Counted from the first letter of the stretch, positions 50,508 to 64,000 are shown. The stretch is 64,000 nucleotides of DNA from Enoplolaimus lenunculus (GCA_030248215.1 JASANG010001402.1:1-64000), one strand, 5' to 3'. The notes: generated by a model not told the origin, from the sequence alone. Numbers and translations are program-made.

Positions 50508-53500
50508 CTACCTATAGGTACTATAACCACCACTACCATGACCACCATATGCTCCATATCCGTAGCTCTCACGCCAATTTTGGAGATTGCGCTGTTGGCT
50601 TTCCGCATCAAACCAAGCAGGCTGTCTTCTACCCAAAACAGGTGGATTACGAATAATTGAATGTCCCCGCCATGCGTTCGGCTGCGACTGCTCTGACTGT
50701 AAAACATGTACATTTATAGAATTTAAATATTGAGAATTGAAAGAATTTAAAAATTTAGAATTTGGAAACTGAATCTGTGGCTGGATTGCACCATACGACT
50801 GCACAGTGGGATAAGTAGGTTGCCCAGGCGACAAATACCGTTGATCCCAACCACAAATTCCATGTCGACTCCGGTCAGCAACTTCTTGTGTCTGGTGTTG
50901 CGGGCTAGCGAAAGACGCATTAAACTGATAAATATCATTGGAAGCAACAGGGCTTACATGAGGTACTTGTTGTGTCCGAACACTATTTCCACTTTGTTGG
51001 TATTGTGCTGGACAATACACAGTTTTCGAAAGCAAATCGTCAATTGACTGAGATTTATTGATTGTTTTGCCCTGTTGTTGTCTTTCATTCTTTTTCTTGA
51101 TTTCACCGTTCCGTTTATTTGACTTCATATTATCATCGACTGCATCTTCAGAGTCTTTCCTAGATAGCTGTTCAGATGAGGTTTCCGCCAAACGACTTGT
51201 TTCCTGAGTCGACCCACTCTCACTCATCTGAGCCGACTTCAGTCGCTCTGACCCGCAGAGGTTTTGCAACTCAGTTGACCGCTGTGACCGCTGGGACTCA
51301 TCGTCGCATGAATCGTCGGATGTTTCTCTTAATACTTCGCTGCTTCTTGCCTGGTGAAGTCGACTCTCGTGATCTTGTGAACTTTGCCGGCGGCCGTCAC
51401 GATCCTTTGAACTTTGCCGGCGGCCGTCACGATCCTTTGAACTTTGCCGGCGGCCGTCGCGATCCTTTGAACTTTGCCGACAGTCGCGATCCTTTGAACT
51501 TTGCTGACGACTTTCCCGATCTTTTAAACTATACCGGCGACCTTCGAGATCTTTTGAACCATGCCGACGACCCTTACGATTTCTCGAATAATGTCGATGA
51601 CTTTCAAGGTCTTTTGAACCATGCCGGCAACCTTTGCGATCTTTTGAACCTTGTCGCCTGCGCTCGTGATCTCTTGAAAAATCCTGATGACCCTCGCGAT
51701 CTCTTGAGCCCTTTTCACATCTGCCGCGCTCTTTTGAACTACGCTGAGGACCCTTGTGATCTTTTGAACTCTGCCGACGAGACTCTAAATTAGTTGAACT
51801 TTTTTGATGACCCTCACGATCTCTTGAACTCTGCCGACGACTCTCGTGATCTTTCGAACTGTGTCGCGACCGTGACTTCGACCGATGCGTTGCGCAATCG
51901 CTTTGACTGGAGCTGAGACTCGACGCCGTGTCGCGACGCTCGCGATGACGGCGACTCGACGAGTCAATACAGGCGCGCCCATAACTTTTACGCGACGAGT
52001 CGTCAGAGCCGACCTTCTTGCTGCCGCGTGATTTCGGGCCATGCCCACGGTGACGCTCGGGATCCTCGTCTCGAGTCGTCAACGCATCGTTTTCGCGCGA
52101 ATCGCTGCAAACTTCCGCGGTTGCACCGCTGGCATCAACTCGTTTAGATTGTAATCGACTGGTCGAATCCACGGGCGACGATGGAACAGTCGACGACTCC
52201 TCACGCCCGCTCGGCGTCAATCGTTGCTTCGTCGTCGACGCCACATCTGGAGTCGCTGTGCGAATACCAGCAGTGACAGATCGCGACGTCGTCAGACGTT
52301 CCGAATCATCACCGGAAGCTATCGACTGGCGATTCTTAGACCTGGATGCTGACGAACCAGTGGCAGCTCCTGTCGCGGCAGTATCCGTCGGCCGATTCAT
52401 TGACGTCGACACCTCAGCAACGTTGTCGACAACAAATTCAACAAGAGACTGGTTATCTATGTCGACTTCAACACAACTATCTCGCGCCGAGTCGCCACTG
52501 TTGGTTTCGTCGTCCGATGGCGATTCAAGCGTAATCGTTCGTTGATCTGATTGATCGCTCACGTTGCCGTCGTCGTCGCCAACCAAATCGATAACTTTCG
52601 GTTGCAACAGCCGGCGACGTTTAGCAGCCGCATGAAGTGTTGTTGCCGCGAGCTCGTCGCCTCCCCTCGTTCCGAGTTCGATGACATCGTTCTCGTCGCT
52701 TGTCGCTGCTGCGGGCGTAAGAGATATTGGTTCCGCCGGATCAGAAATCGCGTTGGCGATGTCATTACAAATGGCTGCCGTAGCCATGTCTACCTCAGGC
52801 AAGGCAGGTGCAGACGTCGTGCTGCCTTCTACAACGACTTCTGGCACTGGCATGGCAGGTACTGACTTTGCGCGGCCTTCTAGAACGGCAAACGTTTCTG
52901 GCTCTTGCGTAGCAGGTATGGACCTTACGCTATCACTCAGAACAGCTACAGCAGCTGTGCCTTGCGGTAGCGTCGCAGGTAAGGACTCGACGCTATTGCT
53001 CGGACCGGCTACAGTACCTGTTTCTGATTGCGGCATGGCAGGTACATACCACTCGGTATCACTCGGCTGGGCAACCGCAGTTACCTCTGGTGCTATCGGA
53101 AACAGAACCTGCCTTTCATCCGTCCTGTCCATTGCGATAAAGGCCTCGTTTGGCTGGTTAGAAATCTCAACGCCCTCTGCAATGGGTTCGTTGTTGGTCA
53201 CTCCTTGCTCTACCTGGCTACCAGAGTTTAGACCCTCCTCGTCAGCAGTGTTTGTGTGGAGAGATCTGCCAGTTAAGCCACCATTGCTACTGGCAGCAGC
53301 GCCCGCAATCCCAGTGTATTCTTCATCGAAAACTTCAACTTTTGGTGGATTCAGCACCAGTGTGGGTCTATCTATTTGGTCAGTAAACAAATCATCAATA
53401 ACATGTTGGCCACTGGCACCTGAATCAAAAGAAATATTCTTTTCCACGCATGCTGATACATTCTTTGTCCGGTCTGTTTGAATCTGATTGTCGACTAGCA

Positions 53501-56500
53501 CTGACTGTTTCATTGGAGCATGAAATTTTTTCACCACTTTCGCGTATTTATCGGGAAGTAACTGTAATACTGTTGTCTCATAGAAATCATAATAACGACT
53601 CTTCGTTGATGTATTGTTCGTTTCGCGCTGCAAAATAAAACAAAATATAAATAAATACAATTTACAAGCAAAACGACACAAAAGAGTAAAATTAATCTGA
53701 CAAAATTCTATAAATCATATGTGATTGGCTTTAATACTTTTAGCTACACGACGTAAGTCGTTTATTTAGGAAGTTTCTGACCCCCAGTACAACTACAAAA
53801 GTTATCATTATCAATAACACATAACTTTGTCACAGTTTTTCCGAAAGTTAAGACAAACGAACATAGACCTATCAGCAATCAATATCCGACAATGTACATA
53901 GAATTCCGAGGTCAGACGTCAATTTTTTGTCGGAACCGGAAATCCAGTTGCACCCAGACACAGCGAAAGGTAAACAATACATAGGTTGTCATTTACACCA
54001 AAATATTGACGCCAATCCGGTTTCGATTTTAACATCCAACAGAAAAACATTGCCATCCGTTTGTCTTCCATTTTTATAAAAATCACACTATTCGATTTCG
54101 ATAAGGTCAGACTGTCACTTACTTGAATGAGCGCCTGGCAACTATGCAACATCGTAGTGACATCTTCGAGAAAATCATTCAAATTCGGATACTGACGTTC
54201 GGACAAACGTTGCTTAATTTGGTTGAATCCAATCGGATTTTTAACTTTGGTTGAATACAGTTCGGTGTCACAGAGTTGTTGAAAATATATCGACTCTTCA
54301 TGACACAACAGTTCCATCAAAATACGTTGCGCGAGCTAAAATATTAGCAACAAAGTTTTAAAATCATTCTCATATTTATAAAAACTTTTGCCAACAATAA
54401 CACACGTAAAACCGTTTGCTTTTGAAAACAACTCCATACCAAAATATTATTAAAAAAATAACTTCTACTAAAATGGGTGATTTCAAACTATGTAATTGTT
54501 AAAGAAGTGTAATTAACGAACATAGAAAGCCAAAATTCCACAACTATTTTTGTCAATAAGCGCCACACCAAAAAATTGGCATTTCAAAAACACTCTATGT
54601 TAAAAAATCTATTAAAATAAGGTTTTACCTAGTTTCTTAATTTTAACTTATAAACAAAAACAGCCGTCGCCACGCCTATTATAAAAATTCAATATTTTTC
54701 TCGTGCATGGTCTAAAATTAAAAAAGTTGGTTGGAACGCATATTACAGCGTTTGAATCCTGGTCTGTTACTGATACGGTAAGCTTCAAATTAAACCACAT
54801 TTACGGTTATTATGCATTTGTATTGACAAAATATATCAAAAAGATAAGTCAAATCAAAAACTACTACATATTGTTTCTTGAAAAATTTAGTTGCTACACT
54901 ATTAAAAACTAGAGTTGCCTCTGGGCCGGAATTTTTACAGGGCCGTGGCTTCGACCTTGATCCCGGCACCATGACCGGTACCAACCAGCAGGGTGAAAAT
55001 CGATAGTAAAAATAACGAAAACAGATAGTGATCAAAATAACGGAAGCGGAAAGGGTTATCTAAGTATAAAAGTTTCAAAGATGTTTTATTTTTCTGCCAA
55101 CACATAGGCACGCAAATATTGACCAGGCCTTCTTTAATTTTAAAGATGCATCGAAATTTTTAATAGTATTCTGTAAAATTTAATTTTGTTTTGTTAAAAT
55201 ATCCGTATACTATTAGAGATTAATGTTTTTGCATGAAAAATGAAACGTTGATTCGAATTAAACCTTGCTATTTGATATACTGTAACGTAAGAATGATTTA
55301 AATACCATATTTTATAAAGTTTTTGCATGACCCAAACACCAAATTATTCACCATCTTTTCAAGACGCATCCAGTCAAGTATAGATTGGATTAAAGATTTG
55401 GCCCAATCGTTGGCTCCGAAACCGAGACCTAAGGCCCAGATGCCGGAGTCAGGCCCCTGGGCATCTCTATTAAAAACAACACAAAAAATAAATAAATTAC
55501 CATTTTTTCCGACACAGTAAGCTGTCGCTTTCCAGGAGCTGAACTGGTTCGATCCGGCACTTTGGGCGCAATTGATTGACACAAGCCACAGACATACGGT
55601 CCACTAAAATATTAAACAAAGAATGTAATAAACTTCACATCGTAATTTTAGATCGTTTCAGCTAATTTTTATACTTAAAAATTTGTAATTTGAAATAAAC
55701 AAAACGTGAAACAAACTAATCGATAACGACAGTAAACATGAATGGTCATTTTTAAAAGATGCCGATGTTGCAAAATTGCATCAGCTTATTAAAAACGTGT
55801 CAACAGATCTAAGCCAGAGCTGAGTACTGTAGAAGGTTAGGGTGGCGCTGTACTTGCCGTACAGCGCGGTCTGCTTCGGTAGGGTGCCGATAGTTAAAAT
55901 ATTTATCTACAAAATTGTTATGTGGTGCCATGAGGCAATTCATGTATGCTGGCGTACAGTGTCGAACGACGCCGGGGAGTCGGACGGCACCGCACAATGC
56001 AGGACAGCATTAAAACCGTCAAAAAGTATAACCCCATTTTGGTTAGACACTGGAACTGAAAAAATTTTGACACGGCAAACGATTGGAATGTAAGTAAACA
56101 TCAAAGACCAAACTTACACAACGTTGCCAATCTTCGGAACATGACAGTTTGAGTGATACTGTCTCTGACAGTTGACGCAAGGAATAAGTGGCTCGCTTGT
56201 CACGACACCGGCGTTGGTTCTACAAACCGAACATTGAACCGCGGACTGCTCAGGATTTTGCTTGTCCAGCTCACCCACCGAATTCACAGGTGGTAAGCCA
56301 AGTTCAGCTTGTGGGCCAGTTTTCAACACTACTGGCTGTATTCCATTTCCGTTCCCAGCGGTGTTAAATCCAAACAAATTTGAGGTAGCAGTTGCGGGTC
56401 GTGATGTGATTTGGCTCTTTCTCTGATCCATAGGTTGTGTTCCATTTTCACGTTCGGCGATTTCAAATCTCAACAAACCTGAGGTAGTAGCTGTAGTAGA

Positions 56501-58041
56501 CGGTCGTCGAGAAGCCAATCTATCCTCAACTGCTGCTAGCCTTGAATCCATATGACTTTCGGGACTAAAGTCATTTGCCAAATCGGGATTTTTCTTTGAT
56601 ATCCAATTACCGCTAGCCGATGCTGAGGGGACAGAAACTAATTTCCCAACATTCGCTGAGTCAAATTTTCTACTAGAACACGGCTGATCGCTATAGAAAT
56701 CCGATCCAAGTTTCCGTTTTCGAACATTGCCGCCACTATTCTGATCAAGGATACCCTTATTAGGTTCGTCCAAATCCTTTTCACCGCGTTTATCATCTCG
56801 GGCACGAGCAGTGCGACTATCGGAAAACCTACGAGCACCTAGTCTGCTAGGTTCCAGATTACCATCAGATTGAGTTCCGCTTTCTCCCACTTGCTGATTA
56901 CCTGTTGCTAACCCACAGCCAATCCTGGCAACCTGGCTCGAACATCGTACCCGTAGCATATCAGGTAATTCGCTATCACTGCCAGCATAGATACCACCCG
57001 CCCCTGGGCCCCTAACAGAACTCATAGACCCCCTCCAAAACTGATGATCCCTAGAGCTATCATCACTGGGAGAGAAATCATTCGCGGTTGCTGATTTCAA
57101 TGCTACAACCCTCTTCAGTAGCTCGGTTTGAACAACGACCGATGCCTTTCTAACGTCAGTCCCAACTTTAGATTTGCCGTCAAAATCATGTTGAGTTGCG
57201 ACTGCTATTGAGACTGAATTTCGACGCGAAGAATTATGTGTTTCAGTTACTGACTTCGTTGTTGTTGTCGTTGTTGTTTTTGTTCCTGCTGCTGCTGTGT
57301 TTATTGCAATTGCTGTTCTAGCAGTAACGGTTGCTGTTGTTGTTTTCGGTAGCGTTGCTGTGTTTGCTACTGTTTCTGTTGTTGACATTGTTGTTGTGTT
57401 CGTTGGCAGTGATGTTGTTTTTGTTGTCATGGTTGTTGTTTTTGTTATAATCGCTAGTTTCCCGGTCCGCTTCGCAAATCCTGCCTTAGTTCCAGCTGTC
57501 GTCATTGTACAACTTGTTTGCATTCGTTTCTCTTTGAGTGATTCAGTTGAGCGTGGTGAACCTTCTGTCTGTAGTACTCGGGTTGCTAAAGCTTCCGTAC
57601 TCTCCGCCAGTGCAGAATTTTTGATTCTTTTCAACGTTGAAGTTGTTTCGTCGGTGACGGATGGTATACCAGCTTTTGTTACGGCTGCTGTTGAACTTAC
57701 ATTCATTGCTGAATTTTTCGGTTTCACAACTATTCCAGATGTCAATATTTTCGACAATATATCTATTGGTACTGTTGCATTATTTGACGTTACCATTGCT
57801 GCAATTGTTGTTGTTGTTATCGCAGTCGTTGCTGTTGCTGCCGTTGTTGTTGTTGTTCGTGTTGTTTGTGTTGGTGTTGTTGTTTGTGTTGGTGTTGTTG
57901 TTGGTGTTGTTGTTGGTGGTGGTGTTGCTGCTGCTGCTGTTGTTGTTGTTATTGTTGTTGTTGTAGTTGGTGGTTGCGGTGGCGGTGTTGTTGTTGTTGT
58001 TGGTGGTGGTGGTGATGTTTTTGTTGGTGGTGTTGTTGTTC

Positions 58042-58073
<32 letters not shown>

Positions 58074-61000
58074 ACTCTAATTGCTGTTGTCGGTGCGCTT
58101 ACAGCATCTTCCAACACAGTTCCTTCTGCTGTTGCCACAGTTCCAACTATTGATGCCGTATATTTTGTTGTTGTTCCTGTTAAAGTAGTTGCTTTCGTTG
58201 TTGCAACAGACGGTTTTATTTTGGCTGCTGCTGCTGCTGTTGTTGTTGTTGCCACACTTGTTTTCGACACCGTATCCATTTTTGTTGCCAGCCTTTCTTT
58301 CGCAGATGTTTTTACTGCCGCAAATGTTGTTCTTGTTGATGTTGTTGTTGTTAATGATGATGCTGTGGCCGGCATTTTTCGCTCGTCCTTTGATCCATTT
58401 GATAAAACTTCTGGTCTTTGGCGACAAATACGCTTGTGTCTTGCCATATTCCCTTTTGATTTCACTTTTTTGCAATATGGACATTGACTCGGTGCAATGC
58501 CTTCGGAAACCGTGGTTCTGCTGCCGTTAAGCATTGACGTCACAGTGAAATCAGCAGCATTCGAGCAATCACTTGGCATTGAGCTCCCTGTTAACGGAAC
58601 AAAAGGCATCGTAGTTAGATTAGTCGTAGCTATGTCATTTCGTTTAGCGTGAACTTGATCCGATTCTATTTTCTTCGCAGTACCTGTTGTCGACTTTGAT
58701 GCCAACAATTTTCTCGCTGCCTTCGAATTAAAAACGTTTTTGCTTTCGCCACCATTTTCGCAACTTGAGATCACGGACTTTTTGGACAATTTCAATTTGC
58801 CACCGTTATTGTTATATTCCTTGTCGAGACTAGAAGTTTCCACACGATCTGAAAGTGATTTTTTAAATTTTGATTTGCTGAATTTAGTCTTTTGTTTCGC
58901 AAGTTTCGATGAACTAGAAGAAACACTCTTCGGTGGGCTTGTTTTCTTAGCTTTTAGCGTCTTTCCTAAGTCGGAGCCACTCTTTCCACCATCTCTTAAT
59001 TTTTTCGCTTTATCAGACGATGTATTCAGTTTTCTGCAACCTGTAACATCAGTGTGATCTGACGTAGATACCACAGGCGAAAGACTGCGCGATTCGCTGT
59101 GTTCTCGAACACGAGGACCTTGGCTGCTGTTAGCCAACTTCGACCCGGATAATTTACCTTGACCTCCGGGATCACCTACAGAATTCGTAGGAGCTCCAGG
59201 GACGTTTTTGCGGTCGGTCGTTTGGGCACAATCCCCGTGACTTCTCACCGCAGGGTTTGTTCCAATTTGTAACCGTTTCAATTTTTTAGGCTTTTTTGTT
59301 TTCGGTACTTGGTCATTTTCAACATCAGAAGACTGATTCTTACCGGTAGTCGTTTCGGTCAATTTCATGCCATTCCTAGATTTCAAGCCATGCTTATCGC
59401 TACGTTTCATTGTTGACTTTTTATTGGCCGTAATTTTTCGAGTCTTCCCACTTTCGTATGTCTTACTTCGTGGACTACGACAACCACCGCTGTCCATTTC
59501 CTCAGAATAATCGTTTTCGTCGACCCCAACATTGCCGCCACTAGAAGAACAACTTTCTACTTCTGCTGGTGATACACTCCTAGGTCTTTTCAGATTATAT
59601 TGAGGTTTCGCTTCTTCAAGCCTTGACCTATCCTGCGCTAAACTGTCTTTGTTAGTTTCCACTGTTACGGTGACATCACTGCATGATTTCCGCTGGACCA
59701 ATTTTTTCTTGACAGAACCACTACGCTTGCTCTGTTTGTGGTCACACTCCTTAAAGGCCAAGTTGCGTTTGCTTTCTGGTCGTACCATACCACTTGCCGA
59801 ATTTATCGAAACCGCATCATCCGCCGAAGTCCTGAACGATGACAGTTCATCAAGCGTCCTTGCAACATTCTGAGGACCCGTATAGGGAGGTGACCCCAGA
59901 AGTTCCGTTCCAGCTAAATTTGGAGATGACGCAACATTTTGAGGTCCAACATACGGAGGAGATTGCAATGACGCATTTGATGTTTTAGGCACCACATTTG
60001 TTCGATCTAACGCCAGCACTAAACGAGGGATATCTAACATACCAATAGCCCTACACGTGTTATCTGTTGAATTTCGGGATCCAGGCGTGTCCACAGTGAC
60101 CGATTCTTTGCCTTTGTTCAACTGCAACGGGCTATTAGCTATGTACTCACTGCCTTCAATCCTGCATCTAGACGTATCGTGGTATGTTGTAGCTTCTTGC
60201 TGGGGATGTCTGAGCGTCTCTCCAGTTAGTGCGACCTTGGGCAACTCCTGCTTCCTACAGGGCACAGCGCCTTTACGGTCACTGCTGACGTTTTCTTTGG
60301 GTTTCGACTGGCTTGCTACTTCGCCAGCCTGTACGTCCCCTCCAGAGCTGGTCTTGGCTCCAGCTTGAGAAGAACAGTCTTCCAGCGTCGGCGAAGACGA
60401 CTCCGAACTGCCCAAGTCGAGTTCATCAAGAACGCGACCCGGTGCAGCCGCCGCTCGCCTGGCGCGTTCTTGATCGATGACAGCCATTTGTGTCGCGAAG
60501 TAAGCATCACTTAATACGCGTTTGGGATTCGCGAACAGCGCCGTGGCTACATCAAACGAATTGCGTTCAAAACCGAAATTGGTATCTTGAGAATTTTGCG
60601 ACCCCGAGTGGTCAATGGCCGACGTTTGACTGGTACTAGCTGGTGCCGGCAGTGGCTGGCAGGTAGCTGTCTTTTGAGAATTATAAACTGTCTTCTCTTG
60701 TTCAGTTGTCAATTGGTTTGTTGCTGTTTCTTGATACCGAAACATCAATTGGTTGTCAGTTGACACCTGGCCGAGAGAAGGCTGCTTATGCTTAGCTGAT
60801 GCTCCTGCTTGGGCTGGTAGCTGACTATCCGGTCTCGACTGGTCTAAAGCTTGAGTTTGATCAAACAGCTGATTGTCGCTTGTTGAACCACGAGAGGGAG
60901 GGCACTGATGTAGGGCAGCCGTCACATGTGCCGAAGGTTCAGGTTGGAAAGACCACTGGCTATCAGCACTCCTCAGATCAAAAACTTCAGGTTGATCATT

Positions 61001-64000
61001 CAGCTGGTTGCCAGTTGACGTCTGACAAGAAGGCCACAGCGGGCTGGTAGCTAAAACCTGAGGTAAATTTTCTTCAGTTTCGTCAGGCAGTTTTCTACCA
61101 GTTGTCGCCTGAACAGAGAATCCAGCATCAGTTTCAAATGTTGCCTGAGTTAGAGAAACTAGCTTACCGACGTCTGAAGGCGAAGCGGGATTCTCTAGCT
61201 CACGATCATGCGTTGCTTGAGACAACGTATGGCAGTCCGCTGGCAAGACACCTGGGCTCAATAGTGCTTCACCATTGCAGCTGCTGCGCTGACCAAAAGT
61301 GGTTAGATCGAGAAGATAATTTCCAACGCTACGCTTGCGAGGACCGGTATTACTGCTTCCAGCCAGATCCAAAATATCAGGCAAACTGGCACTTCCAGAG
61401 CTATAACTGGCCAAAGCATTAGACTGACAACTGGATACTTCTAACCAAAGACGCTCTCGATTGGGTAGCTCAATGCTAACGGCGTCGAGTTCAGCTTCGG
61501 CCGCTTTAAACGCACAGTTATAGACAACAGTGTCCAGGGAACGCTGGCTGAACCTCAGGTTGCTATCTGATGCTCTTCTAGAAATGTTTGAGCCGGGTCT
61601 TCTAGGCTTTGAACCAAACGCCGCCGATTGCACTATAGCGTCACCAATTCGCTCCTCTGACCAAAACCTTGGCCCTTGTTCAGCAGTGCCGACATTACGA
61701 TCAATATCGCACTCTGAAAACCCGTCAAAACATGGTGAAACTGGTGATAACATAGCTGGATTTCGACTTATCTTCACTCGACTATCGCTTTGTTGAGTTA
61801 TAGTCGCGACTTCAGAATTTGTCCCTTCATACGAGTTATATCTTCTATTTTTACACATAATACTGCCTATGGAATCCTCTGTTTGTTGCAAATTAGCATC
61901 ATCCATAGAACGTGAATTCCGATCCAACTTCGCTGATTCCGATATCTGACCTTGGCTTGCACCCTGATTGGCTACCTCGCCAGACACATTCTGGTTGCGT
62001 GATTCGCCAGGCGCCTTCTCATCGGCTACTTCGACTGATGGTTTATGAATAGCTATATCCTTAGGCACATTCAGATTGGCTATTTCACCAGGCGTATTTT
62101 TATTGGCTACTTCAGCAGGCGCATTCGTTTCGCGTTCAGTCATTGCAAATTCTAAGGTACCAATTTCATAACATCCATCGTTAAATGTTTCCTGGATTTC
62201 ACTATCCGCAATTCCATTGTCACTTTCAGAATTCAAAAAAGTTTCAATTTCGGAATACGTTTGGCAGTCCTCTATTACTCCAGTAGATCCACCACCTTCG
62301 CTTCCGGAGGATTTTTCCAGACAAGTTTCCGACACAGAATGAATCAGGCCTTTATCCACAGCAGGCGAAGGACTAACAGATCGCGCGCTAGTATCAGCCT
62401 CTGTACTTGTCGAATCTTTCTCTCGACACCTATTTTCGATTACATCTTCATTTTCTCCAGGTTCTAAGATCTTGTCCAAAAAGCTACCTTCAACAGCAGT
62501 AACATTTACTTCGCAACTGCTCTCCTCTAGAGAACTCTTTGGGCAATTTTCACTAATTTGATCACTAGGTCCACTAGTGGCGCTTGCGAGATCTAAGTCG
62601 TCTGAAATCTGAGCAACGGGGCCTGCTTCATCAGTTGAATTCCAGCTATTGCATCCTCTCAGTGCAGAGTCACCGCCAAAATTGCGATTCCTACATTCTG
62701 TCAGAACCACACCCTCATCAACCCTACCCTCAGATTGGCTAGGAATCGCTTCGGGCATTCTACTATCTGAAGAAGCAGTCAAGCATGCACCCGTGTCGTT
62801 TTCATTCTGTACTTCCGACTGTCCGTTTGTGCACGATTCTATTTGCAGTCCAGACGGACCACAACCGTCCGCCACACTCCTTCCATCCTCAAGGTCAATT
62901 GAAATTTCATTTTCATTACCGTTTTCGATTTGCACACCATTTTCAAAGGCACGCACCGTTGTACACACACTCAGCGCTGTCTTGCGCCCGCATGAGCTAT
63001 ATGGTATTGGCAAATCATTCCCATTTCCATTGTTGATGCTTGCAGACTCTATGCCGCTATTGTTTTCACAATCTCCATCGGTTGTATCACTCAAATGATC
63101 AGAGCTTGGATTAGGCGTAGCCTTGCCATTTTCCATGGTTATAATACTTCGCTGCGGTTGATTACTTGCCAAATTGGTGTTTTCACAACCAGACTGCATG
63201 CCATTTGAACTGGAATTGTTTACTACATCTTCTTCAGTCCTCGAGCTTTCAAGATGCTCAGCACTAGTCGATTGCAACGGTAATTTGCTAGAGTCATTCT
63301 GATTGGCTACTTTGGCAGAAGAAACGTGATTGGCTACTTTGATTGGCGCATGCTGAGTGATTTCTGCGGCAGACGCATTCCGATCGACCACTTTGTCAAA
63401 CGTACGTTGATTGTCTATCTGGCCCGACATATTCTGATTGCCTGATCCGTCAGAGGTACTCTGACTGGCTGCGGCGCTAGACACATTTTGATCGACTACT
63501 TTGCCAGGCGTATTTTGATTGGCTACTTCGCCAAACGCTATCTGCCCGACTAATTTCACTTTAGCATTTTGATACTTATTCTGATTAGTTAGCTTGCCAA
63601 TCACATTCTGATTGGCCTGTTGGCCAGTCGTATTCTGATTGACTACTTTGGCAGGCATATTGTGACTGGATACGTCGAAAGTTGCATTCTCATTGGCTCC
63701 TTCGCCAGATGCCTTCTGGCGGGTTAACTCGTCAGACACATTCTGATTGCCTACTTCGCCAGACGCACTCTCACTAGCTGCTTCGCCACACGTATTCTGA
63801 TTACTTACTTCGCCAGTCGCTCTCTGATTGCCTACTTCGCGAGGTACATTCTGACTGGATACGTCGAAATATGCATTCTCACTGGCTACTTCACCAGATA
63901 CATTTTGGAGGGTTACATCGCCACACACTTTCTGATTGTCTACTTCACCAGACGCACTCTCACTGGTTGCTTTGCCAGACGCATTCTGAATGGATACTTC
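50508..64000 (-). CDS. Giant low-complexity PHD-bromodomain chromatin protein (TIF1/SP100-type tandem PHD-bromo), 5' end outside the window
   Basis: Exons >64000-56118 (open to the window edge), 55603-55501, 54335-54123 and 53627-50508 are in phase. A C4HC3 PHD (CSVC...CVNCQRQYHSNC...CGLC) is split by an intron. It is followed by a bromodomain (RILMELLCHEESIYFQ...KVKNPIGFNQIKQRL...FLEDVTTMLHSC...FYETTVLQLLPDK). A C2HC finger CPYC-x11-H-x3-C lies at 58424-58483. Confidence 0.85.

Noticed and set aside
35781..53681. Nematode-style operon of PHD-bromo gene, RRP7A and COA4 (all minus strand)
   Set aside because: Stop-to-start gaps are about 5.3 kb and 3.9 kb. An operon cannot be supported without spliced-leader data.
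57297..58487. 396-aa Val-rich plus-strand ORF (and 52681-53481, 51176-51793)
   Set aside because: Antisense shadows of the Thr-rich and repeat regions of the giant minus-strand gene.

Overview
This is AT-rich, intron-containing animal genomic DNA, most likely nematode (TTAGGC repeats, TTTCAG-type acceptors). It is not prokaryotic, so most short ORFs in the track are spurious or are single exons of split genes. I reconstructed six spliced genes by hand, with GT-AG borders and consistent reading phase. (1) RFC4 on the minus strand, whose 3' end is not seen in the window. (2) Condensin I kleisin NCAPH/barren on the plus strand, head-to-head with RFC4, 19 exons. (3) A hedgehog acyltransferase HHAT-type MBOAT (plus). 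(4) The twin-CX9C protein COA4 (minus). (5) RRP7A (minus). (6) A giant (>3,700 aa) low-complexity PHD-bromodomain protein (minus) whose 5' end lies beyond the window. There is also an intronic tRNA-Gly(GCC), two tRNA-derived fragments and a small antisense ORF nested in the COA4 intron. Introns and intergenic DNA are densely filled with non-autonomous DNA transposons. The most notable observations are a GGCC-terminal MITE family with 8-bp target-site duplications (TSDs) that carries telomere-type TTAGGC repeats and clusters at 31-48 kb, a satellite expanding inside an intact hAT MITE, a foldback-like inverted minisatellite, a 218-bp duplication of an NCAPH splice acceptor, and a bromodomain lacking the canonical Asn.
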